Below are positions 1 to 16,999 of a DNA stretch of 64,000 nt, in pieces. Origin of the DNA: the human T2T-CHM13v2.0 reference genome, Homo sapiens. Within the stretch, counting starts at the first letter, position 1. The number at the start of each line of letters is the position of its first letter. Under the pieces are notes generated by a model. That model was not told where the DNA came from. It saw nothing but the letters and a program-made list of their open reading frames with translations, and did not search any database. The stretch covers positions 4,544,001 through 4,608,000 of the forward strand of contig CP086569.2 in NCBI GenBank assembly GCA_009914755.4. Reading direction: 5' to 3'. The position numbers and the translations under genes are program-made.

Positions 1-743
1 ATTCAATAAACATTTGTGAAGAACAACTATTTCCTGGAGATTTTGCTAGGCATTAGGAATATAAATAAAGATAAGATGCTTTTTCCCACTTTGTGGATTT
101 CACAATATAGTAGAAGAAAGTATGAAATTATCGCAATACAATTAGATAATTATCACATCAGAAATATTTGTCAAGTCCTGTGTGAACTGAATGAAAATTT
201 GTCTATATTTTACTTACAAAAATTCAAGGTCACTGAAGAGAAATATTACACATTAATATGTGTGAAATGTAAACCACAGATCTGGTTATCACAATTACTT
301 AATTTAATGTTAATCTCACTTTCCATCAAGGAGCTCATGTCTTGAACAAAATAGAACCAAACCTAATGCTCATTAAGCAATCAAATTGAAATATAAATAA
401 ATTTATTTTCAACCGGTAGAATTTTGATATTTATGTTAGCCCAGATCCTTCAAGAAGTAGAATCCAGAATGTGATTAGATGTGCAAGAGGTTTATGCAAG
501 AAATTAAAGAACATCTAAACAAATGAAAATATATTTATGTTTATTAACAAGGGGACTTAACATTGTTAAGATGTCAATACCACCAACAGCAATCTACATA
601 TTCAATAAAATTAATGTCAAAAGTCCAACAGTATTATTTGCAAAAATGAAAAAGTTGATGATCAAATTAATATGAAACTGCAAGTAGCCTCAAAGAGCCA
701 AAAAAAAACTTGAATAAGAAGAATAGAATTAGAGGAGTCACAC

Positions 744-807
744 TTCCCAATGTCAAAACTTCCCAATGTCAAAACTTTCTCTCTCTCTCTCTCTCTCTGT
801 CTCTCTA
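744..807. repeat. Short tandem duplication (2 x 'cttcccaatgtcaaaact') followed by a (CT)n microsatellite
   Basis: Direct reading: 'cttcccaatgtcaaaacttcccaatgtcaaaactttctctctctctctctctctgtctctct'. Confidence 0.8.
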
Positions 808-1860
808 GAGGAACTGAATTAATAGGATATATGTATATATGAAAGGGAGTTTACTAAGGAGAGTTGACTCACATGATCACAAGGTAATGTCCCACGATAG
901 ATCATCTGCAACTTTAGGAGCAACAAAGCCAACAGTGAATTAGTTCAAGTCCCAAAACCTCAAAAGTAGGGAGCTGACAGTGCAGCCTTCAGTCTGTGGC
1001 CAAAGTCCTGAAAGCCCCTGGCAAACAACTGGTGTAAGTCTAAGAGTCGAAAAGTCAAAAAATTTGGAGTCTGTTATTATAGAGCAAGAAGTATCTATCA
1101 CAGGAGAAAGATAAAGGCCAGAAGACTCAGCAAGTCTAATCTTTCCAATTTCTTCTACCTGCTTTACTCTAGCTGTGCTGGCAGCTGATTAAATGATGCC
1201 CACTCAGATTGAGGGTGGGTCTGCCTCTCCCAGTCCACTGATTCAAATGTTAATCTCCCTTGGGAACACCCTCACAGACAAACCTAGGAAAAATACTTGG
1301 CATATTTCAATCCAATCAAGTTGACATTCAATATTAACCATCAATATACTAATTAAAACAATATGGAAGTCTGGAGGGGAGAGGGATGTTAGAAAGATGG
1401 CAGAGTAAGAAGCCCTAGATCTTCCTTCTTCCCACAGAAACACCAATTCAACTATAATAGTCTGATCATTTCCTTTTATGAGACATTTAGAAACCAGGTA
1501 AGAGGCTCCTACACCCCCAAGCAAGCACAATACCAACCATATTGAAAATGGTAGGAAAATTTGTGGTAGTCTATCACCTCAGTCCCTCCCTAGCACAAGG
1601 ACACACAACAGGGAGGAAACTTTTAGCTTCCAGCTTCTCACTAAAGAAGGAAAGAGAAGACTGGACCATGTTACTAACATTGTGACTTTTTGGGGAGGCT
1701 TCTGGAGTGACTGGCTTATATTTAACCTGTCTTGGAGCACTGACAGCATACTCTAGATTCCTGGAGACCAGTGCAGTCAAAAGATCCAGGCAGCATCCTG
1801 CTGTCTTAGAGGGCCCATTGAGCTTGTTTGGCCTCTTTCTCAGGGGGCAAAAGAAGACTG

Positions 1861-2898
1861 GGGGGGAGGAGCCAAGATGGCCAAATAGGAACAGCTCCGG
1901 TCTACAGCTCCCAGCGTGAGCAACGCAGAAGACGGGTGATTTCTGCATTTCCATCTGAGGTACCAGTTTCATCTCACTAGGGAGTGCCAGACAGTGGGTG
2001 CAGGACAGTGGGTGCAGCGCGCTGTGTGCGAGCCAAAGCAGGGCGAGGCATTGCCTCACTCAGGAAGCAGAAGGGGTCAGGGAGTTCCCTTTCCTGGTCA
2101 AGGAAAGGGGTGACAGACGGCACCTGGAAAATTGGGTCACTCCCACCCGAATACTGCACTTTTCCGATGGGCTTAGGAAACAGCTCACCAGGAGATTATA
2201 TCCTGCACCTGGCTCGGAGGGTCCTATGCCCACGGAGTCTCCCTGATTGCTAGCACAGCAGTCTGAGATCAAACTGCAAGGTGGCAGTGAGGCTGGGGGA
2301 GGGGCGCCCACAATTGCCCAGGCTTGCTTAGGTAAACAAAGCAGCCTGGAAGCTCCAACTGGGTGGAGCCCACCACAGCTCAAGGAGGCCTGCCTGGCTC
2401 TGTAGGCTCCACCTCTGGGGGCAGGGCACAGACAAACAAAAAGACAGCAGTAACCTCTGCAGACTTAAATGTCCCTGCCTGACAGCTTTGAAGAGAGCAG
2501 TGGTTCTCCCAGCACGCAGCTGGAGATCTGAGAATGGGCAGACTGCCTCCTCAAGTGGGTCCCTGACCCCTGACCCCCAAGCAGCCTAACTGGGAGGCAC
2601 CCCCCCAGTAGGGGCAGACTGACACCTCACACGGCCGGGTACTCCTCTGAGACAAAACTTCCAGAGGAACAATCAGACAGCAGCATTAGCGGTTCAGGAA
2701 AATTTGCGGTTCTGTAGACATCGCTGCTGATAACCAGGCAAACAGGTTCTGGAGTGGACCTCTAGCAAACTCCAACAGACCTGCAGCTGGGGGTCCTTTC
2801 TGTTAAAAGGAAAACTAACAAACAGAAAGGACATCCACACCAAAAACCCATCTGTACATCACCATCATCAAAGACCAAAAGTAGATAAAACCACAAAG
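1861..2898 (+). promoter_or_regulatory. L1 5' UTR internal RNA polymerase II promoter. It includes the YY1-box-like 'caagatggcc' at 1873-1882 and the region known to carry an antisense promoter
   Basis: Sequence identity to the L1PA/L1HS 5' UTR. The role of the YY1 site in L1 transcription start-site positioning is established knowledge. Several CpGs have decayed to TpG (e.g. 'ccaaatagga' versus the consensus 'ccgaatagga'). Confidence 0.7.
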
Positions 2899-3913
2899 AT
2901 GGGGAGAAAACAGAGCAGAAAAACCGGAAACTCTAAAAAGCAGAGCACCACTCCTCCTCCAAAGGAACGCAGTTCCTCACCAGCAATGGTACAAAGCTGG
3001 ACGGAGAATGACTTGGATGAGCTGAGAGAAGAAGGCTTCAAATGATCAAACTATTCCGAGCTACAGGAGGAAATTCAAACCAAAGGCAAAGAAGTTGAAA
3101 ACTTTGAAAAAAATTTAGAAGAATGTATGACTAGAATAAACAATACAGAGAAGTGCTTAAAGGAGCTGATGGAGTTGAAAGCCAAGGTTCGAGAACTACG
3201 TGAAGAATGCAGAAGCCTCAGGAGCCTATGTGATCAACTGGAAGAAAGGGTAACAGCGATGGAAGATGAAATGAATGAAAAGAAGTGAGAAGGGAAGGTT
3301 AGAGAAAAAAGAATGAAAAGAAAAGAGCAAAGCCTCCAAGAAATATGGGACTATATGAAAAGACCAAATCTGCATCTGATTGGTGTACCTGAAAGTGATG
3401 GGGAGAATGGAACCAAGTTGGAAAACACTCTGCAGGATATTATCCAGGAGAACTTCCCCAATCTAGCAAGGCAGGCCAACATTCAGATTCAGGAAATACA
3501 GAGAATGCCACAAAGATACTCCTCGAGAAGAGCAACTCCAAGACACATAATTGTCAGATTCATCAAAGTTGAAATGAAGGAAAAAATGGTAAGGTCAGCC
3601 AGAGAGAAAGGTCGGGTTACCCACGAAGGGAAGCTCCTCAGACTAACAGCGGATCTCTCGGCTGAAACTCTACAAGCCAGAAGAGAGTGGGGGCCAATAT
3701 TCAACATTCTTACAGCAAAGAATTTTCAACCAGAATTTCATATCCAGCCAAACTAAGCTTCATAAGTGAAGGAGAAATAAAATATTTTACAGACAAGCAA
3801 ATGCTGAGAGATTTTGTCACCACCAGGCCTGCCCTAAAAGAGCTCCTGAAGGAAGCACTAAACATGGAAAAGCACAACCGGTACCAGCTGCTGCAAAATC
3901 ATGCCAAAATGTA
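2899..3913 (+). pseudogene. L1 ORF1 (ORF1p, RNA-binding chaperone) remnant. It is inactivated by two CGA->TGA nonsense changes (~3043 and ~3286) and a 1-bp deletion near 3730
   Basis: Translation from the ATG at 2899 gives MGRKQSRKTGNSKKQSTTPPPKERSSSPAMVQSWTENDLDELREEGFK*. The ORF track resumes at 3313-3756 with a typical ORF1p C-terminal half (LQEIWDYMKRPNLHLIGVPESDGENGTKLENTLQDIIQENFPNLARQANIQIQEIQR...). Confidence 0.9.
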
Positions 3914-3977
3914 AAGACCATCGAGACTAGGAAGAAACTGCATTAACTAATGAGCAAAATGACTAGCTAACATCAAA

Positions 3978-7799
<3,822 letters not shown>

Positions 7800-8936
7800 A
7801 TGGGAACTGAAAAATGAGAATACATGGACACAGGAAGGGGAACATCACACTCTGGGGACTGTTGTGGGGTGGGGGAAGGGGGGAGGGATAGCTTTAGGAG
7901 ATATACCTAATGCTAAATGATGAGTTAATGGGTGCAGCACACCAGCATGGCACATGTATACATATGTAACTAACCTGCACATTGTACACATGTACCCTAA
8001 AACTTAAAGTATAATAATAATTTAAAAAGAAAAAAAAATCAAAGAAAATCTTAAAAAAACCAAAAAACAAAACAAAAAAAAACCAGAAAAGAAAAAAAAG
8101 AAGACTGAAGCATGCACATCTAATGCTCCAGGCTTTTGAGGGACTGTCTAAGGGGTTGTTTTCTGTCTAGTCTAACTTGGGGTGTTGATGTGTGTATTTG
8201 TGTGTGTATGCATATCTATGCAAAATCCCACCATACTTAGTGTTTTTTTAAATCTAGAAAGCACTCAACCAATTAGCAAAGGAGCTAGTAACAATGTTGA
8301 TTCAAAGCAAATATTAAGAAAGCTATCATTTTTTTATAGGATTCTCAGCACATTTAATCAGTCATAATTTTAAGTATAATTCATGGATATTTAGATTAGA
8401 CTCACCTTAGACATGGAAAGGCCATGGGTGTCTGCTTGTTTTGTACTGCTTCAAAGCAAGAGAAAAACAGAATTAGCCCAATTGTAAGAAGTATCTTGGC
8501 CAATTAAAACAGAATAATCAGAATGAATTATTTGTGAAGCTATTTAACAAATAATAAAACACCTCCTTTACTTACTTTATTCATTCATTTAACAAATTTT
8601 GTTGAACCCTTTCTGTACAAACACACAAAATAAACCCTTACTCTCATTTAGCTTATATTCTAATACAGAAAATTTTATTCATAAAGGTGTAAATAATGGC
8701 ACAAAGTAGCATATAATTTATAGAGTAGTTGTTTAGGCAATATGCAATATAGAAATTACAATAAAAAGTAGTTTTATTTGGAAATAGGGAATACTTCGTG
8801 AAAGATTTATAAACTAACTTAATCTGGGCCCTAAAGAAAGGAGTATTGAGTCATTTTTCTGGCTACAGTTTTAGTTAATAAACCATTGAATTAAAAAAAA
8901 TGGTTTCACTGTGCTTTCCAAGATTGTCTCCAGATA

Positions 8937-9312
8937 AAGCACACTGAAAGGATATACAGACAATCCCTGACTGAGGATGGTTCAACTTATTTTTTTTTAC
9001 TTGATGATGATGAAAATTCAATAGACATTCAGTAGAAACCATAATTCAGCAATTTTTTCTTAACTTTCAGTACAGCATTTGATAAATTACATGAGTTACT
9101 CAACACTTTATTTTAAAATAGCTTTGTGTTGGATGATTTTGCTCTACTATAGACTAATGTAAATGTTCTGAGCATGTTTAAGGTAGGCAAAGCTAAGCTA
9201 TGATGTTCACTAGATTAGGTGTGTTAAATGCAAGTTTGACTTACAGTATTTTCAACTTATGATGTATTTATCAAAATGTAACCCCATTATAAGTTGAGGA
9301 GTATCTGAAATT
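8937..9312. mobile_element. Short non-autonomous DNA-transposon relic (MITE-like, MER/Tigger-type) with imperfect terminal inverted repeats
   Basis: The 5' end 'cagacaatccctgact...ggttcaacttat' is partly complementary to the 3' end '...ataagttgaggagtatctg'. The internal 'tttcagtacagcatttgataaattacatgag' and 'taggcaaagctaagctatgatgttc' motifs resemble known human MER DNA elements. Family assignment is uncertain. Confidence 0.45.
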
Positions 9313-9699
9313 TGAGTGCTCGCTAAGTGAAAGCGTGTCATTTTTCTTATAATTTTTGCTATACTGTGAGCTCCTCATAGGTAAGAGTCCCCTCTAATTC
9401 ATGTTTGCATCCTCCTTCCATTCCAACTAGCACATAATAGGCACTCTGATGTAAAGCTAAGATACTATGATCAAAAAAATTAAATCATTGAATCATTTCC
9501 TATGTTCTTTCTTTTCTATAGAATGGCCTAACTTGGAATCTAGATCAGTTTTCCCCTTTAGTTTAATGTAATGAATATAGACAAAATGTTTAAATAATTT
9601 CATAACTTTGAACATACTTTGAACTTTCTGTTAAAGAATCTTCACATTTTATTCTGTGGCACTAATCAGGCATCAGGAAAATAAAGACGTGGCATTATA

Positions 9700-9735
9700 T
9701 ATACATATGTGTGTGTGTGTGCGCACACGTGTGTG
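9700..9735. repeat. (GT)n / (GC/AC)-interrupted microsatellite
   Basis: 'atatgtgtgtgtgtgtgcgcacacgtgtgtgtatc'. Confidence 0.8.
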
Positions 9736-9802
9736 TATCAACAACACAACTATAACCCTACATCCTCTTTTGAGGAGGATAGTAAACTCTAACTTAAGAT
9801 TG

Positions 9803-9978
9803 GGAACATCACACACCAGGGCCTTTTGTGGGGTAGGGGGAGGTGGGAGGGATAACATTAGGAGATATACCTAATGTAAATGACGAGTTAATGGGTGCAG
9901 CACACCAACATGGCACATGTATACATATGTAACAAACCTGCACGTTGTGCACATGTATCCTATAACTTAAAGTAAAAT
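9803..9978 (+). mobile_element. Extremely 5'-truncated L1 insertion (last ~175 bp of the 3' UTR only)
   Basis: 'gggaacatcacacaccagggcc...gggagggataacattaggagatatacctaatgtaaatgacgagttaatgggtgcagcacaccaacatggcacatgtatacatatgtaacaaacctgcacgttgtgcacatgtatcctataacttaaagta' is an L1PA 3'-end consensus. Confidence 0.9.
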
Positions 9979-10030
9979 TATATATATATACATATATATA
10001 TACATACACACACACACATATATATATATA
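9979..10030. repeat. Compound (TA)n/(CA)n microsatellite abutting the L1 tail
   Basis: 'attatatatatatacatatatatatacatacacacacacacatatatatatat'. Confidence 0.85.
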
Positions 10031-13019
10031 AAAGATTTACTCTTTGTCTAACTATGTGGCATGCCCTGTAGCCACTATTTAACAATTCTCAATTTAATCA
10101 AACTTTAAGTTTCATCATCTAGGAAATTTCAGAATGTGTTCTGTAATGGTTTTGATTTGGTAGTTGAAAAAACAAAAATCATCCTCATTACCATTACCAC
10201 AGACTCGTGAAATCATAGCATCAGAATGGGCTACAAGAAGTTATCTAGGTTTCTAGGCAGCTCTGTGCCTCCTACTTTTGGCTTGTTGCAGAATCAATCA
10301 ACACTTACCCGTGTTTTTTTTTTGTAATGGATGTCTAGAAGTCCTGGTACTTGAGCTACTCAAAAGTCACTAACAGTTTGTAAAAATTTTTTACTAAAGC
10401 AAAATTTTCTAGTAGGGAGCATTATCAAAATATACCCTTAAGATAGGTGAAAATCACAAGTGCTCTCAGTGTTACCCTGTAACATGGTAGGAGAGATCAC
10501 TAAAGTGAGCTGTGTTGTGATAAATAGACTGTATTGCCTTTCTTGGCTTCTGACCTTGATTGTTACAAAGTTTCTTCTATAACTCAAAAACAAAACTAAA
10601 TCCCAAGCTGACCAATATTGGTTTTTAACCCTGTGTTACAAATACATATAGATTCTCTGGTATGGTGGCAAAAAATAACCTGCATGAAGGAAACCATTAC
10701 CTACTTGAAGAATTTGAAGAATTAAGCCACCCTGTGAATTGTTTCCACCAAGTATACAGTTTCATTTGGACATGTGAGTAGAGTGATAAAACAGAATTCT
10801 TTACAAGAGGGTACAGGTTCATCTGATTTGAGCTACGGAGGGAGTTAAACGTTGTATCATGGTTACACCTTACTCTACCAGTGCAGTGCAGAAACAGTGA
10901 GAGTGGGCATTGATGCATAACAAAATTGGGTTTAATTTTAGCCAGTTACCAGTTGGGGGACTAAGGTCTTAATTATCTAGATTCGTGACTGGTAAATAAT
11001 AATAATGCCTATCTATAATGGATACTGAGTGCACAGTAGATGACACATAATAGGCGCTGTGTAAAGAAGGGTGCTACTCATTTTATGTTCATCATCATCA
11101 CAGCAGGCAGTAAAATTGTGATACCAATCGTTATTTTTATTTTTGTGTAAGTGGTAATTTCAAAAGTGGCTGTGATTCCTTTTTCTAGATTTTTCTCCTT
11201 CTTATTACTCTCTAGGTGTAATCACATATCTAATAAAACCATATTGGTTAACCATAAAAACATTGATTTAAAAGCCCTTTAATATTGGAAGAAATAAAAA
11301 TAGCAAAGGCATACAACCTTCCAAGCTAAAATTCTGAGTTATAAATTCAAGTGATTCAAATTGATACAAACAAAATAAAACTTTCTAAATTGCTAAAAGT
11401 GGGGAAGATTTGAACATTAGCCTCAATTTTGGAAATCAAACAACTGGAAGCCTTGCAATAGGTGGTTTGACTTTTATAAGATCAACTGGATGCTTTTAGA
11501 ATAAAAGTTTTTTTTATTTACTTTATTTGATAACCCAAATAAATGTTCATGAAATAGATGTGTTCTATATAGCAGTAGGTCATAGAGACATTGATCAGAG
11601 TGCAGGAAATAGGAAAAGATAGAGCATCGAACTGCGTATTTATATATCCAAGGTAAATGAGAACATGATTATAAGTAATATCATTTTAGGATTTACAATT
11701 CTTTTAGATTTAATATTGGATGACTAACTGTATTTTATTTTTGACAGATAATAAGTCAATTACATCTCTTTTATTATCCTGGGAGGCCTCTGACTTTGGG
11801 ATATAAAAAAAATAGAGGAAGTATTTTTTTAAAATAACCCTGGTAAGTAGATACAAACCCTCTAACAATTTAGCTTCTCATATTTTCTATTTCCTGTCTG
11901 AGACAGAGAGAAGCAACTGTGCTGCATTATCAAAAAATTAAATGAAAAATTAAAACATCAGAGAGTGTAAATGTCTGCTTCCAGTGACACAACGCTTAGT
12001 CAATATCATTTGGCTTTGCTTAGGGAGCTTATGTTTTCCTGCACATTGTAATCATCTCCGCATTAAATTACATTTGAAATAGAAAGAGAACATATGAAGA
12101 AAATGCTTAAGAAAATGAGCTATGCATCTTGACATCTCTTTCTCAAGTTCTATTCAATTTGATCATTCATAAAATATAAGCTATGCATTTTTATTCTTTG
12201 TCAACACCCACTCTCCACCTCCGCCCCTACATCCACATCCAATTAATATTTTACTGTAATTTATAAAGAAAAAGCAGTGTTATGATTGATGAGAGTAAAA
12301 AGATTTTTAGTTACACTTAACACATAAATGCAAAAAGTTTAAATGAATGATTACTAAAATAAATGTATAATTTCCACAGGGAAATACATTAAAAAAAAAG
12401 TAGAGTTGTCAAGGTAAAACTTGAGTAAGAATTTTTAAACCAAAGGGGTACCTGAACAACATTCAGAAATATTGAAACAAAAGTTTCAATCTCCATCTGA
12501 ATTTTGATTACTAGTGGAACAACCAACTAATTCCCAAAAAGAGAAGAAGAATTGCTGAGGATTTGGAAGTGGATTGGATCTCTCTCATCTAGCTATGTGT
12601 GTTACATCTCCTATTCCACAAGGTTTTCATACAAAGGAGTTGGAGAAATATTTTATTACTTTGCACCCAGAGTCAAGCTTTCTTGTATGAGTAAGAACCA
12701 GCTTCATCCAAATAGTGAACATGATTTCCAATGTGATGTTCACTACTCTTTAGTAAAATGTACCCACATACATAAGCACCTCCCTTGAATTCCTGTTGAA
12801 TCACTAAATCCTGAGATCAAGAAGTAAAAATTTCTTTTTTTTCTCTTAGTTTAGGAAGTTTTTCTGGGCAACTACCCGGCCCTACAGATGACTACTGATT
12901 AACCAATGCTACTTATAAAATAAAAAATTAAGAGGCATTATAATTATTCATCTGTATGTTCAAAGAGAGGAAATGAAGTCTGTTTAATTTTACTCCAGCT
13001 GAACAAGAAGCTTTATTAT

Positions 13020-13100
13020 GGCATTTCCTCCCTCCTTCTACTTTTCCCTACCTTCCTCCCTCCATTCCTTCCTTCTTTCTTTTCCTCCCTCCCCCCTTAT
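13020..13100. repeat. Polypyrimidine (CT-rich) low-complexity tract
   Basis: 'ctccctccttctacttttccctaccttcctccctccattccttccttctttcttttcctccctcccccctta'. Confidence 0.8.
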
Positions 13101-13794
13101 TTTCATACCTATTTGAGTGCCTCCTTCATATCAGGCACTGTGACAGGAGAAGAAAAAACAAACAATGTAGGGCCAAAATAGGTAAAGTTCATTTCATGTG
13201 GCTGACCATCTTCTTAGGAGAAATGACATTAATCAAATTACCAATTAATTATTAATCATTACTAATAAATATTTAATTAGAACTGTAAAAACTGCAATGA
13301 AGTGGAGGAAAATGGTACTATGGCAACATAAAATAGAGATTTTACCTAGTCAAAAGCCAAAGGGAAGTTTTCACAATGGACTCTCACTTAAGAGCTAAAG
13401 GAGTAGTATGAGATAACTGAGTAAACAGGGAAAAACTATTGCAGTGGAATGCAAAATCAGTGAAAGAGAGAGCCTTACTAGAAGACCAAGGTAAAACAAA
13501 CTGCTAAATATGATACCTAACTTATTGGAGAATATCTGGTAGAATATATACAGAGGGAGAAATATATTAAAGTCAAAACTGAATAGAAAACAGATGTGAA
13601 ACACAATGATTTAAAAATCAATTTAAAAAATCAATCTTAGCAATTATTTGTGCAATAATTTAACATTTGGATTTCATTGCTTTTGAATCATTTTGGTGAT
13701 TATGCATGATTATTCAATAAGTACTGTCTAGACAGTGTGAACCATTTGCTTAATATTAAAAGTTAAATAGATATTCCTCACTTATCGACTAAAT

Positions 13795-13850
13795 GTTTCA
13801 TTTCCATACACACACATTCACACACACACACAAACACACACACACAGATG
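13795..13850. repeat. (CA)n microsatellite, interrupted
   Basis: 'acacacacattcacacacacacacaaacacacacacacag'. Confidence 0.85.
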
Positions 13851-14736
13851 TAAATATGTCAATATAGGAGATAAACAGTAGATTTTAATATTTCCCCATG
13901 GTACTATTTGTTAATTAATTATCTATCCAACATTCTTTGCTCTTATACTATTTCTACTGAAACTTTGGATAAGTAAACAAAACGTGTATTGTTAGCTTAA
14001 ACTTTTCATGGTTGGCATGAAAAAATGCAGTTGTTTATAGGTTTTGAATAAAAAGTTAATTAATTGGAGTTAAAATATTTGATAGACTTCAAATGTACAA
14101 TTCCCTGTACAATTCAAAAACTTAAATAAAAATTTATAATTTGATTTTTAATCTCACTCTCCAACTCTCCTATTGAGAGTTTGGAAAAGCATGTGCTACA
14201 AAAGCTAGAAAAGCCTCTGAGGACACTACCAATACTCCCTCTACAGGCCGATATGAAAAAGGACTGGAGAGTGGGATAGTCATCAGTATGCACTACACTC
14301 TAGCTGGTTCTTTTCTTTGCATCCTCCTGGGCTTGGTAGTCATAACTCAAAGTTTTCATGTTATACAGCAACCTGAATATGAAAGAAATGTTCTTCTAAA
14401 GGTTTATAAGAATATTAACAATGACTAAAATCAGTCACACATATCCACAAAAATTTCTTTATACTGGTATGTCATAATGCTCAAGTCCATTTTTAGATTT
14501 GATTTATAAACACAGAAGTATATATTACATCTATTTCATTGATTTATTCCTTTTGAAAACTCCATGTTAAGATTGTAGGTGGTTTCATATGGAAGCCCCA
14601 CTGGATGGGTGTTAATCCCACTTTGATCTCGGATTTCTCATACTATAATGGAAATGGTATGTTAATCAAAGAAAACCAAAGTAATCTTTTAATCCTGAGC
14701 ATAATAACTAAAAGTATCCTTCTCCTTGAAACACTG

Positions 14737-15103
14737 TTGTATTAGTCTGTTCTCACACTGCTGATAAAGACATACCCGAGACTGGGCAACTTTCAAAAGG
14801 AAGAGGTTTAATAGACTTACAGTTCCACGTGGCTGTGGAGGCCTCACAATCATGGTGAAAGACAAGGAGGAACAAGTCATGTCTTACATGGATGGCAGCA
14901 GGCAAAGAGGAAAGCTTATGCAGGGAACCTCCCTTTTTTTGAAACCATCAGATCTCATGAGACTTATTCTCTATCACAAGAACAGCACAGGAAAAATCCA
15001 CTCCCATGATTCAACTACCTCCCACTGGGTTCCTCACTTTACACGTGGGAACTGTGGAAGTTACAATTCAAGATGAGATTTGGGACACAGCCAAACCATA
15101 TCA
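14737..15103 (-). mobile_element. Solo MaLR LTR (THE1/MST family)
   Basis: On the minus strand it begins 'tgatatggtttggctgtgtccc' (the plus-strand end is '...gggacacagccaaaccatatca') and ends '...cagactaatacaacag' (plus strand 'ctgttgtattagtctgttctcacactgctgataaagacatacccgagactgggcaac'). Confidence 0.85.
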
Positions 15104-15829
15104 TTGTTCACTGAAATATCATTATACAGCATATGACTGCATATAGATCCTTTTTTGAAGTGTACATTGGATAACAGATTAGGAAAACAATACTAGCATA
15201 TCAAAAAAAATACCCGCAGTTTAAATTCAAAAAGCTATTTAAACACACATGGCAATATAGATATACTTTGTTTTGGAATGTTTAGTGATTCAGACAAAAG
15301 GAACATGTTCTTACCTAAACTCTCAAGTTAGAGAGATCTAGAGAACTAAAAGGTAAATTCTAGAAGTATTTAATACTTCTAGCAGTTTTTATTTTATTGT
15401 ACCAAATTTAAAAATATGTCTTTTTTTTTTCTTTGTTAGATGTCAAGCTCCTTGAGCACAAGGACCATACTATATTAGCCTTTGAACTTAGAGGTTCTTG
15501 GCAGTAAATTAGTTAATATCAAATTTTAACTCCACAACTTACCCCTACCTCATAAAGGATGATTGGTGCATTACTCTTTACTTTTAAAATTGTGTTTATT
15601 TTTAATTTTTGTCAGCACAAAGTAGGTAAATATATGTATAGGGTATATGAGATACTTTGATACAGGCATGCAATGCATAATAATCACCTCACAGTAAATG
15701 GGATCTTCATCCCTCGAGCATTTATCCTTTATAGTATAAACAATGTAATTATACATTTTTACTAATTTTTAAATGTAAAAATAAATTATTACTGACTGTA
15801 GTCCTCTTGTTGTGATATCAAATAGTAGG

Positions 15830-16112
15830 TCTTATTCACTCTTTCTAACTACTGTTTGCACCCATTAACCATTCCCTCTTTACCCCCACTCACCCACAAC
15901 CATTCCCAATCTCTGGTAACCATTCATCTACTCTCTATCTTCATGAGTTCAAATGTTTTAAGTTTTAGCTCCCACAAATAAGTGAGAACATGCAAAGTTT
16001 GTCTTTCTGTGTCTGGCTTACTTCACTTAACAAAATGACCTCAAGTTTCATCTATGTTTTTGCAAATGACAGGATATCATTTTTAATGGTTGAATAGTAC
16101 TCCATTGTGTGG
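15830..16112 (-). mobile_element. Old L1 (L1M/L1PB-class) 3'-end fragment
   Basis: '...agttttagctcccacaaataagtgagaacatgcaaagtttgtctttctgtgtctggcttacttcacttaacaaaatgacctcaagtttcatctatgtttttgcaaatgacaggatatcatttttaatggttgaatagtactccattgtgtgg' is the reverse complement of an L1 3' UTR / ORF2 end. Confidence 0.8.
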
Positions 16113-16999
16113 TGCCTGAGAGAGTTCCATAATAGAATAAAAATGGTTTACATAGAATCTTGCTACCTGGGAATATAAGGAGGAGTTACTGATAAGCAGG
16201 GGGCCTCTTTCCTAGGACTAATTCTAATTCTGTGAGGAGCTGCTAGTTTCTAAAATGTCTGATAGCTCTCACGTACTGCTTGGCTTGTGAATGCCATTTC
16301 CAACGTAAACAAACATCTTGTTTAAAAGCCACTGCTCTATTTAAAGAAGTGTCAGGAAAATCTTTACTTTTAAGTTATTTGGGTAAAGTATTTTTTTTTG
16401 TAACGAATTGCTTTTCTCTCTGAGTTCTCCAAATTTCAGATCGTGACTTTAGGACAATATAGGTATTTGCATAAGTTCAATAAGAGTCTTTTAAAACAGA
16501 ACAATTGAAAACACTGGTTATTTTACCAAGGCTTTAACTAAAACAGCATATTTTTAGGTAAAGTTCCATCACAGCCAACTTAAAACGAGCCTATATGGCC
16601 AATCAATTCTTGTGCATTTTATGCAAATAATCAGGCCAAGCATAATAAGCCTATAACATAGAAATGGGTCTTAATATAATTTCTCTTTAGTAGAAAAGAA
16701 AGGGGCTAAAGAAATTGTTTCATAAGGAAAAGTGTAACAGTTGATACAAGATTTCGACACTAACTTTGTTTCTTTATGTGCAGATTATATCATGAATTAT
16801 TTCTTGGCTACAATAATCCTTTAGAGTGTACCAGATTATAATTTGTCTTCATATTTTTAGTTGGCACCCTTTTGAAAGAGGTTCCTTTGTCTATTCTAAC
16901 ACAAAAGTTAGTCTTATAATTGTCGAAGTATAAATGTTATTCATCTCTGTTTTACTTCCAAGGAAATCAAAATCACGGTATTCTGAAGACCAGATTTGA

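Noticed and set aside
16-345. 109-aa ORF at the start of the window
   Set aside because: The region is AT-rich, low-complexity non-coding sequence. There is no recognisable domain, no Kozak or splice context and no codon periodicity. A 100-codon ORF is expected by chance in AT-rich DNA.
870-1860. Sequence upstream of the young L1 ('...cccactcagattgagggtgggtctgcctctcccagtccactgattcaaatgttaatctccc...', '...agaaagatggcagagtaagaagccc...') that feels repeat-derived (older L1 5' UTR or LTR)
   Set aside because: I could not align it confidently to any consensus from memory, so no family call is made. It should be resolved by RepeatMasker.
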